Part shown: positions 53,178-63,578 of the stretch, piece by piece
Layout: each line of letters starts with the position of its first letter
How positions within the stretch are numbered: the first letter of the stretch is position 1
Assembly (NCBI GenBank): GCA_001179505.1
Contig: CDMY01000022.1
Span: forward strand, 1-64,000
Reading direction: 5' to 3'
Source: Vitrella brassicaformis CCMP3155
Lineage: Eukaryota > Protista > Chromerida
Length of the DNA stretch: 64,000 nucleotides
Made by a program: the position numbers and the translations under genes
Notes under the pieces: model-generated
Told to the model about the DNA's origin: nothing
Databases searched by the model: none
The model's input: only the letters and a program-made list of their open reading frames with translations

Positions 53178-54843
53178 ATGCGTTGTTCGTGCGTGCGGCT
53201 GAAGGCCGACCCGGCGCTGCTGGTGTCTAAGCGGCTGCCCAACTCGGCCAAGAGGTCCAAACTGCTGCCCACACTGATCCCACAAAAGGAGTACAAGCAT
53301 CCAGAGATCGTCAAGCGCATCATCCGAATGTCGCTGCGCAAGGAGCGGGACGCTGTCATCTGGTACAACTTGTGCGGCCAGGCCATCGAGAACCGCTCTG
53401 TCTTGCTGCCCATTCACATGGCCGAGATACTGCGGGCGTGCGCGAGGGTGGGTTATAGGCATGGCGAGATGATGGCCCTGTTTGCGGAGAGCCTCAAGCA
53501 GCGGGCGGACGTCAGGAGCGTCGTCCTGGCCCTCACCGCCCTGCAAAAGCTTCAGGTACACACACAGGTTCGGTTCAAGTGGATGTAGACGGCTGTGGAT
53601 GCTGCTGTCTGGCTGTCTGTGTGTGTGCAGATGCCATGTGAGGCTCTCAAGAGTTCCTTCCTGCGTCAGCTTGGCGGCAACTGCGCCAGCCTGAGCTTCA
53701 TCGACCTCCGACACGTGCTCAGCGCCTTTGCATCGCTGCAGGTGAGCGCACCCACACACGCATGAGATGGATGGACCACCCACGAGTGTGTATGTATGTC
53801 TGTGTGCAGATCGGTGTGAGCCACACTGAGCTGCTGCATGAGGTTTGTGACGGGCTGCTGGCGGCCGCATATGCGTCAGAGCAGCCCGACATGACGGGCA
53901 TCGACGGCCGTGAGTTCCTGCAGATACCGTACCATCTGGGCCGGCTGGGCTTCCCCCACCCCACACTGCTGCGGCTGACGTGCATGCGCCTCAAGAGCCT
54001 CATGGTCTCGCGGATTCGGTGCGCTCCCCTCGACGCACTCTGCGCCTATGACGGCTTCCTGAGGCTGGGTGGGCCATCAATTGGGGGAGAAAGGGCGTGC
54101 GTCCGAAGAGGATCACGTGCTTGATTCATTGCCTTCGTTATGTGTCTGTCTGTTCACAGGTGAGGAGTATGAAGGCATCGCTGAGAAACTGGAAATGGTA
54201 CGCTCATGGCAAATCTGTGTGTCTGTGTGTCTGTTTACGCAAAAGTGGTGCTGGGTAGGGACATCTGTGTGTCTGTGTGTCTGTCTGTGTCTGGGTCATG
54301 TATGTCTATGTGCAGTACGGTCGATTTCTGCTGGCTGAGGTGTCGACGAAGGATCTGCTCAACATCGCTGCATCGTTCACTGCCCTCGACATATCCACCA
54401 ACCCGGTCAGCCAGCCAGCGAAGACACATTAATCACACTCACGAGCCAATTGCTTCCCACCGTACTATCGTTGCTGTGTTGTTGTGCAGGTGTGGTCGAT
54501 ATGGGCGGACGAAGTGGCCGACCGGCTGGAATCACTCGACGCCCGGCAGCTGGACTCGGTGCACCAAGTCTACAAGCTGCTGGGCAGGCCTACCAACCGC
54601 CTCTTGTGGGTCAAGACACAGCCAAGACACACACAGCAGCAGCAGATCCCTGCGACTTCGTCACCTGATGACGGAAGTGCACTGAGCCGGCGCAATGGCA
54701 TCAGATCGGCCGTGGGTGGGGACAGGGGTCATGAGAGTGATGAAGACGACACGCTGGTCGTCATCGATGACGACCGGCCGAGTGGTGCCATTGGGGGTGG
54801 GGAGGGCGGTCGTGAGGGGATGACGCAGGCTGCTGTGACGTGA
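53178..54843 (+). CDS. Alpha-helical repeat protein (HPR/OPR/FASTK-like), putative organellar RNA-binding
   Basis: Repeated units HMAEILRACARVGYRHGEMMALF, SFIDLRHVLSAFASLQ|IGVSHTELL, GREFLQIPYHLGRLGFPHPTLL, STKDLLNIAASFTAL. Basic N-terminus. Family assignment is by pattern only. Confidence 0.6.
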
Positions 54844-55180
54844 GCGACAGACAGAGTGGGAAAAGAGAGGCTGACACACAATGTGTACATGTACTGTAGC
54901 CTTGTAATGCGTATACATGTGATACACACACATGTGCATGAGACACACTTACACAAAACGCCCCACACCGAGACACGTACAGACAGACAAAAGCCAGCGC
55001 ACGCACAGTCCGCACTCTCTCCCTTTGAGGGACGTCCTTGTCCTCCTTCTCTGCGATGTATGTGTGTCCGTGAAATGGATGGATGGATGGATGGATGGCA
55101 GAATTTCCCGGGAGGAGGTGGGCATCAGCCTGCATCCGGCGGTCATCAGGGAGCACTCGGCAGGCGTCAGGGGACCAGTT

Positions 55181-55240
55181 TTTCATCACCAAACCCGGTT
55201 TTCTGTCACAAAACCCGGTTTTCTGTCACAAAACCCAGTT
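55181..55240. repeat. 20-bp tandem repeat x3 with quasi-palindromic AAAACCC(G/A)GTTTT core; related motifs continue to ~55305
   Basis: tttcatcaccaaacccggtt / ttctgtcacaaaacccggtt / ttctgtcacaaaacccagtt, followed by aaaacggtttt and gaaacccagtttt. Confidence 0.85.
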
Positions 55241-55407
55241 TTCCTATCGAGTGTCTGGTTTTTCGGGCAGAAAACGGTTTTGCAGCTGGAAACCCAGTTT
55301 TGCACTTGTCTTCCTCCTGGTGGTGCAGGGAGAGGTCCGGGTGTGTGGTGGTCGTGGCCAAGATTAAACAAATTTACAGACGAACGCAAAAGTCTGCTGC
55401 TGGGCTA

Positions 55408-58400
55408 ATGGCCTGGTCTGTGCTCTCCGCAGCTCTCCTCCTGGGTGCGTCAGCCCGCACCACGATAAATGCATCCATCAGATCACCCATAAAACCCTTT
55501 CTCTTGTGCATGGCGCTTTGCAGGGGTTGCTGCAGGAGTTGTTGTCGGCACCTTCGAGCCGTACGACACGTACCAGTCCACGCTCGAGAAGGCTGGCGGG
55601 CGCTTCCTCAACTTCATCCACGACCCACAACCATCGGCGGCCGCCACCGAGGGAGAGGAGGGAGTCCCCTCCTTCGCCCAGGAGCAGGAAACGGCCGAAG
55701 CCAACATTACCGGTGTGAATGTAGCGACACAACCATAGATACCAGCAACGCCTCACCTGTAGCGTCTTTCGGGTGTGTTTGTGGTCTACAGGCTGGAGAG
55801 ACGACGAGCTTGTTTTTGCTGTGGAGATCTGCCGACACGGTGCGCGGGCGCCCATGGAGGAATTCACGGTCATCCATTCATCCCTTGGCTGAATGATGCA
55901 CCGGCCTCCTATTCTTTCTTATCGTTCGATCTTGTTGTGTGCGCGTGTGTGCCGGCCGGCAGGGTGATAAGGAGAACAAGCTCAACAATTGGCTGGGTGG
56001 CAGAAGCTATCTCACCCAGGTTGGCGAGGTCCAGGTAAGTGCATCCATCCATCCATCGGTCTGTCTACAGACATATTCATGACGTGTGGATGTCCGGTAT
56101 ATCTATGTGTGTATCTACCCATCAGCACTGGCTGCTGGGGCCGATCCTCCGCGACCGCTACGTCAAACAGTACAACTTGCTCTCACCCACATATGCACCG
56201 GTTTGTATGAAAGGATGCACACAAGACGACATAATAGATAGATCTGCACAGGTGGCTCATGCATCACACTGTTTGTTCCCTCTTTCTTTCTCTCTCTCTC
56301 CCTCTCAGGGAGAGATCTACATCCGCTCGTCGGCCATCTGGCGCACAGTCATGTCGGCACAGGCACAGATGGCAGGCCTCTACCCACCTGGCACAGGTCA
56401 GTACCTGGGGGCGCTCGTGTCATGCACATGGACGGACGGATGGATGGATGGATGGATGGAAACATACTGGCTCAATGTGTGTTTGCAGCGCCCTCTTACA
56501 CGAGTCAGCAGACCGAGAAGCTCCGCGCTACATATGCGCAGGCCATCGTGGGGTTGCCACCTGACATGGATTGGGAGTGTGATGTAGATGTGAGTAGCTG
56601 ACTGCGACCCATTGCTACATTTCATTCAGTGCGCATGTCTTTGTGACACGAGAGGTGTGCTTGTGTGTCTGTGCTTGTGTGTCCGTGTTTGTGTGTGTAT
56701 ACATGTATGTATACACACAGACAGTGAGTATGTACGTGTACGTATATGAGACATGCACAGTCCTACTCTACATGACTCATTGTTTCTCTCTTCCATGTCG
56801 TCAATGAACGACAGAGACGGCGTGGCCTCCGCCCTGAGGGGCAGTCGATGGCTCTGGAATCGGGTCATCGGCACGGACATCAACCTTGAACCCGCCCGCC
56901 GTGCACTACAGGACAAGGCCACCGGCAACCGCTCTGCAGACGGGGAAACACACGCGTCCGAGACAGCGGGGAGTTCCACCCACACCGACGGTCGCAACGT
57001 GCGCCCACGGGCCGCCAGGAGCCAAGCACACACCGAGTCCTACTGTAAGCGAGCACACGACGTAACAACACAGAGACACATGCAGACGAACACTCATGCA
57101 GGAAGACACACGACAGTCCAACATGTGTATGTCTTGATCTGTCTGTGTCTGTGTTTGTGTCTGCCTGTTGTGTGTGCTTGTGTCTGTGTGTCTGTGTTTG
57201 TGTCTGCCTGTTGTGTGTGCTTGTGTCTGTGTGTCTGTGTTTGTGTCTGCCTGCTCTGTGTCAGACGTTCGTTGGTTGAGGGCCGAAGCCAAGTCAATCC
57301 AGAGCGACTGGTGCCCGCAACTTCGTCCTCAATCTTCCGGGCGACAATGTGGTGACTGGTGTGGATCAGCGCCTTGTTCTCATCGTCAAGAAATCCTATC
57401 GCTACCTCCTGGTGAGAAAGTGCATCTCGTGCGGATCCCTCTCAGCGCACGTGTTCTGTGTCCCTCAGTGGTCGCTCCGACTCAAGCGGCGTGTGGAGGG
57501 CTGGCTGTCGTCAGTGCGGGACCACTTTCGGTTTCATACCACGCCGCACCCATGTGTACAACAGCCTCAGCCAGTGCATACCTCACTTATGCCCACCTCG
57601 GCGGGTATGGAGGCGAGGCCCCAGGTGGTGAGGCCACCAGGTCGTGAGGACGCTCTGCGTCGCCTGGACGAGGACAGATATGAGGCGGCATGCGATCGAC
57701 TCAGGCATGCGATGAATGAGGGAGTTTTGGAGATGACGGCTGCGTTGGCTGATGACGAGTGCTCTCACCTTTGGCTCACGAGGTGAAAGAAGAACTCGCT
57801 CAGACCTGGAGGGATTCCCGTTTGTGTGTGTGTGTGGAGCACATCAGGCCGGGCGGAGTCAGTTGCGTGAGGAGATGGTCGGGGCAAACAACACACTCAC
57901 CTCTGCTGGTGGCGCTATGTCGAATGGCCTCGTCACTTACTTCGATCAGCATCGCCTTCAGGGTCCGTGCGGAGCTGAGGGGCTTGTGGACTTGACAGAG
58001 CAGGTAAGTGAGGGATCAGAGGCAGGTGGTGCATTCCTGACATTGTCGCCGAGCTGCATACAGGAAGTGAAGATACTGGTGGCCGACCTGCAGATTCTCC
58101 ACCAATGTCGCCGCGTCATGACCACACCTGAGCTGAGCCGCGAATGGGCAAGGCGAATGGGTGAGTTCCTGACCAGGTGCTCGACAGTTGGCGTCGTGAA
58201 GGTACGCGACATCCATCCACGCGCCACGACGACAGATAAGAATATCAGGTTCACTATGTCTGTGTCTGTCGCGGCTGAGGTTAGGTGAGATCTGTGGTGA
58301 CACGTGTCGGTGCCCACCTGCCCCCCCTCGAGTGACGTCGGAGATCGGTGGACGCCAAGAAAGAGAGAAATGTGTCAGTGGGACTCGTGTGTGTGCCTGC

Positions 58401-61400
58401 AGTGCATGTTTGTGCGCATGTTTGACTGTGTTACCATGCCACCGATTGCGCGTTCACTGCACGTTCGACGTTAAATATTGACAAGCAACTCATGTCCGTC
58501 ACCAGGCCACAAGTAGTGGGTGTGGATCCTGGTGACTTTTGCATCGTCGCGCCGAACACCGTCATCCACTGCGAGGTGTACATACACACACACACACACA
58601 CACGCACAGGCAGACTGGCCCCTTCTTCTCTCACTCACTGAGTCAGTCAGTCAGTCTCTGGGCAGTAGGTAGCCATCCCTCCCTCTATCTACTGCTCGCC
58701 ACCTTATGTCATTCGCGTCTCGTGTGTCGATGTGTGTCATCAGGGTGAGGCTATCATCCGCGAGGACGAGGAGCGGCTGGACGATGTGGGCTACGAGGAT
58801 GTCGGGGGCTGCCGCAGACAAATGGCGCAGATCAGAGAAATGATCGAAGTCCCACTGGTGAGCCGCCACACCGAGTGAGCCGCCACACCGAGTGTAAATG
58901 ACCAAGACACACGTGCATTCAAATACCAGGGCGTGCGTGAATTCGAGACGTACGTGAGGAGAAAGGGGGCCGCAAGACACACAGACATACAAACGGCACG
59001 GGAGATAGATGTGTTGTCCCTCCATCCTTTTCTGTGTGCATGATAGAGCGGACAATTTGGCCACGCTGGCTCGCATCACCGGGGTCAGACAGCTGGCGCA
59101 AGTCGATTCGATGGAGGGGGACCGCCCCCGCGACCTTCCGCCGTTTATTCCGATCTTCACCGGCGACAAACATTCAGACGAGATACTCCAAGCCATAGTC
59201 ACAAAATTTATCGTCCAGCCCGCACACACACAGAGAGAGATCCCCTTGAGACACGGCCAATCTCTCCTTCCTCTCTGTGTCGCTCTGTCTGATCAGGAGC
59301 CGTTCATCTGCGACAAGTATGAGTCCGTGTGGCGCGCCCTCAACAACAAAATGGACAAGGGCAAGTACCAGTTCTGGAGTTCATCCGGCCAGTTCTTCAT
59401 GGACGTGTGCACCGGCAAGTTTGGGCACCTGCTCAGTGACCCATTCACCGGTCGAACCTACAACACGGTACGGTCCACAACACAACCTGGCTGGACACAT
59501 CCCTGACCTGCATGACGGACGCATCTCACTGCATGGTGCCTTTCCTGTCTTCCTGCCGATGGATGGATGGATGGATCACTGACAGACATTGCCGGAGCAG
59601 AACGAGATACACGAGCAACACATCAACGAGCTCTTCGCCAAGAACCCACCCGGTGAGTCAGTCCGCAGTTATTGACAGTGGGGAGACAGAGCAGGAGAAC
59701 TCAAGCTTCTTACGTATGTCCGTCTGTCTGCAGGCGCTCCCCTCCACGAATACTGCCTCCTCGATAACCCCATCTTGTCCAATATGCACACATCAAGACA
59801 GACAGAATGGGAGAATGCGGCTCAAGTGTGTGTGCATCTGTGTCATCTGTGTGTGTCTCACTGATTCAGCCGCGCTGGCCTGCTGGGCGACGCTCTAGCT
59901 TCCATACTCTACGGTAATTTCCTAATTTCCACCGTAATTTCCTTCCTCTCTCGCGCTGTGTGTGTGTGTGTGTGTGTATGTGTGTGTTGGTGCCTGGCTG
60001 CGTGCAGATGGCCGGAATGTGGTCAGCATCAAGGAGGACTTCTCCGAAAAAGAGATCAAGTGCGGATTTACCCTCCGGATGCAAGACATTCATGCAACTG
60101 ATTGACCCTGTGGTGTGGTCTCTGTGTCTTAATCTGCTTGTCCCTCACTCATTCATCAGCGAGCTGCAAAACTACATGGACGTTAAGTACAGCTTCACCT
60201 TCGCAGACGAAGTAAGTCACCAACACACACACACACACACAGACAGAGAGAGGGAGAGAGAGAGAGAGAGAGAGAGACGCGGCCTCCGCCTTTTAAAATA
60301 TTAGTGTGTCTGTGGATGCATTCATTCATATGTGTAGTTCTTCGGCCGCATGGCGAGCAGCAGCTTCCTGGACATCGTGCAGCGGGCCATCGAGGCCAAG
60401 AAGGCCGCCCACGCCAAAGAAGGCACCTACACGGCCGTCATGAGCAAAGCCAAGAAACACATTGCACACGTACGCACCTCAGCCAGCCACAGAGGGAGGC
60501 AAGCAGGGCCAGTGTCTGTGTGTGTGTGTGTGTGTCTTGTATCCAGTATTCGGGTATCAACCATCGGAGGAAGAGGACACACACGCCATGCATCCCTGTC
60601 TCTCTCTCTGTCTGTCTGTATGTCTGTCTGTCTGTCTGTGGCTGCGTGTTGTGTTGAATTGGCGCATCGATGACTCCATCAATCAGGTATGACGGAGATC
60701 AAGTTCTCCGAGCTCAAATTTCTCCTCTTCTCGGCACACGATAGCCTACTCACATCCATCCTTTCCACTCTGGGTGGGTGGGTGAGCTATCGGCGGTCAT
60801 CCATCCGAATGTCTGCCTGACGTGTGATGTGACCTGGCTGCCTGCATCATGTCATGGACGGATGGGTGCGGTGCAGGCATGTGGGACAACAAGGTCCCGC
60901 CATTCCCCAGCCACCTCCTCATCGAGCTGTGGAAGAACAAGGAGGGCAGATACATCGTCAAGGTCCGTAAGATAGCGAGGACTCTGCTACCCCCTTTCCC
61001 TCTAGATGTCATTCTCGCGTCTCCCTCACGTCTCTCTCTCTCCATATGTGTGTGTGTGTGTGTGTATGCAGATAATTTACAATGGTCAGGAGCGGGAGAA
61101 GTCTTATGACAGCTTCATGAAACTCATGGCGTCAGTAAACCTAAGACACACAGAGAGACGGAGCAAGGAAGAGAGACATGGAGTGCAGCAGAAAGGGCTA
61201 CGATGTTCCTGCTGGTCGGTCACGCGCGTGTGTGAATCAAATCAGCCGAACGCTGGCCGCTCCCGGAGTGCCTGGCGGGCGCCTGAACTTGGAGCACTGG
61301 TGCCTCAACGCTGAAGACCCTGACTTGATCCCTGATGCAAAGGCCGTCTACGTACGCACAGACACACAGAGGCCGGCGCGTTGGTCATCCATGGACACAT

Positions 61401-61544
61401 GTCTGTGTGTGTGCGGTGCAGAATAACCCCGATTTGCTGCATCGCAATCCCCCTGCTCGCCACGCCACTCGTGCCGACTTCCCCGTGTGTGTGAAGATGA
61501 ACAAGCAAATGGCCGGGAAAATCGCCACTCAGGCACGCACATGA
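55408..61544 (+). CDS. Secreted histidine acid phosphatase (clade 2), many exons
   Basis: Signal peptide [12 protein letters not shown]|GVAAG, RHGARAP (RHGxRxP) at 55833-55853, YLTQVGEVQ|[34 protein letters not shown] at ~60720-60742, [12 protein letters not shown]. Confidence 0.93.
56760..58200 (+). other. Exon-like blocks of an unrelated, apparently frame-broken gene nested in the phosphatase intron
   Basis: Blocks with splice-like ends ([23 protein letters not shown]…; [31 protein letters not shown]|WSLRLKRR…; [11 protein letters not shown]…|[18 protein letters not shown]…). No phosphatase motifs, and phases do not all join. Confidence 0.4.
57146..57253. repeat. ~43-bp intronic minisatellite, ~2.5 copies
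   Basis: Unit tgtctgtgtttgtgtctgcctgttgtgtgtgcttgtgtctgtg repeated in tandem. Confidence 0.7.
58506..58857 (+). pseudogene. CDC48: Two-exon CDC48/p97 (VCP) gene fragment (N-domain end, linker, start of D1)
   Basis: 58513-58575 [25 protein letters not shown] intron 58576-58743, then 58744-58857 [38 protein letters not shown]. No Walker A or remainder of CDC48 in the window. Confidence 0.88.
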
Positions 61545-62860
61545 TTCCTCCTTCATTCGTATGAAAACTGTAATTGAAGTGTTGAACGGTGATTCATTCA
61601 TTCACTCAGGAGAAGATGCGGCCGCTGACGGAACAGGGGCCCGTCGCATCGAGAACCAGGATCAGGAAAACGGCGAGCAGCAGCATGCTCCTCGAGCAGG
61701 GAGAGCTCTGACTGAGGCAGCCAGCCAGCCAGCCAGCCAGCTAGCCAACAACGTATCCACACGCACATACATGTATAGGGGCCGAGGGGGTTGGTTGGTT
61801 GGTGTGGCTGATTTCGTGTTTTGAGTCAGGACTGAATAAGGGTAATTAAGTGACTGGTTTCCGTTCGACCAAATACATACGTATACATCCATTCAACGAA
61901 CGTACAGATGATGGATGAATTGCATGCCCATGAATGAACGAACAATAAACAGACCGAGACGCACGGCAAATCAGACAGGCAGACATAGATAGAGTTCATT
62001 CAGGCACTCGAGTGCACACACGGTAGCTAGTCTGCAGCACAGGAAACCTAAATTCATGACAACACGTTTATCGGCGGCATGCATATGGAACGAACGGGTG
62101 AGCGAGGGAGGCAGCCGGTGTGTGTGTTTATGTATGTAGTGGTGATCAGTGATTATATACGAAACGGCTGGACAATCATCGGTCGGCCACATGCGGGGAT
62201 GGATGGATGGACTGTGGGTCGTCGCCACACACACACAGACAGACTGGGTCAATGGGTGGGTGGGTGGGTGGGTCGGTGGGTGGTGCGTGCACATACAAGT
62301 GAGACGTGTCGGTCAACGAAAATTGATTTGAGATGAAAGGGAGGCAGACACAAGTGCGTTTCGCGCTGCTTGAATATGCTTATATGCTGTCTCAAGAGCG
62401 TTCCATCTCGCGACCAGTGTCCTTATTCCTGCTCGGATCGCAACACGCGGGGGTGGCTCGAACAGGAGGAAACCCGACGTGTCCTGCTCGACCGTCGCGT
62501 TTGCTCGTCCTCGAGCGGCCCGCCCCCCGCACGTCACTCAAGGCACAGCACACATGCACCCAAACCTCACGTTGCCTTCTGCCTGCCTCCTCCCTCCCTC
62601 CCTCCCTCCCTCTTGCCGTGAATCGAATCAGTCAAGCCAGTAGTCTGCCCAGCTGTGCCTGCCTAAAATTGCCGCTCAGCAGACAGCACCTGACCAGCAA
62701 ATCGGCCCGTGGCCAAACGACGCCAACGTATTTTCCTCCAGTCGGGGCCTCGGTTGCACAACCGAGGTGCCCTCTCGCAGTTCGCTGTACACCAACACAC
62801 ATGGGCGCTCGGACGGTCGTGAAAAGGGTCACAGTAGACCCGGCAGCCACGGCACACCAA

Positions 62861-63406
62861 TCAGCTGGTGAGGTCGAGTCTGCCCTCCTCCTTGGCTCGA
62901 GCCACAAGGTACTCGATGGCGCTGCGGACGAAGTAAAAGTTGGAGCTCTCATAGTCGTCCTCAGGGATAGTGATGTCAAGCTCCTCCTCAACCCTGCAGC
63001 ACACACACAGACGGACACACACACGGTGGCATGCAATGCCACGCAGTGGGGCGCTGCACTGCAACTGGTTGTGCAGGTGACTTCCCCCTCCCTCTCCCTC
63101 TCCTGCCCACCTTGCGAGCGCCTCAACCTGCCCGACACTATCGAGCATGAGGTCGAAGTTGATGTGGTCCTCCTCGCTGATCTCGTCGACGCTCTTGCAC
63201 GACACGTCGGCCAGCACCTCCTTGACAGTGATGACGATGTCAGACTCTCGCAGCACCGGCTTGCTGCTCGTTGCTGCCAGAAGCCTCAGATGCGTCGGTC
63301 GAGGGGGCGAGGGAGGGGAGGGGATGAAAGATGGAGCCGCCGCCGCATCAGAAAGGCTCAGGATAGAGAGGAAAGAGGAGAGAATCAGATGCACGATGGA
63401 GACCAT
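62861..63406 (-). CDS. ACP: Plastid-targeted acyl carrier protein (divergent), 2 exons
   Basis: Signal peptide plus S/P/R-rich transit region (MVSIVHLILSSFLSILSLSDAAAAPSFIPSP…), then LMLDSVGQVEALA|RVEEELDITIPEDD with the phosphopantetheine Ser. Intron 62994-63110. Confidence 0.8.
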   Translation of the reverse strand: MVSIVHLILSSFLSILSLSDAAAAPSFIPSPPSPPRPTHLRLLAATSSKPVLRESDIVITVKEVLADVSCKSVDEISEEDHINFDLMLDSVGQVEALARWAGEGEGGGSHLHNQLQCSAPLRGIACHRVCVRLCVCCRVEEELDITIPEDDYESSNFYFVRSAIEYLVARAKEEGRLDLTS

Positions 63407-63578
63407 GTTGAGTCACGTCACCATGGGGGACCACGGAATGCTGGATGTCTCTCAAGCACGCGCGGGGGGAAGGGAAAAAAAGGAAACAGGAAGGCCACGT
63501 ACGACGGCATCGGGATGCCTTGAGGCTTTAATGCGGTTCGGGAATGAATGCTCTCCGAGATCTCCGCCAGCTGCAGGC
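63407..63578. promoter_or_regulatory. Putative 172-bp bidirectional promoter between two plastid-targeted genes
   Basis: Spacer between divergent ATGs at 63406 (-) and 63579 (+). Positional inference only. Confidence 0.45.

Noticed and set aside
55181-55240. Possible CRISPR-like array
   Set aside because: Repeats are contiguous with no unique spacers, the context is eukaryotic, and there are no cas genes.
56593-59005. Terminal inverted repeats or Helitron termini for the nested insertion
   Set aside because: Left end (agtagctgactgcg) does not match the reverse complement of the right end (tctcccgtgccg). No clear TC…hairpin-CTRR signature and no transposase seen, so it is not called a mobile_element.
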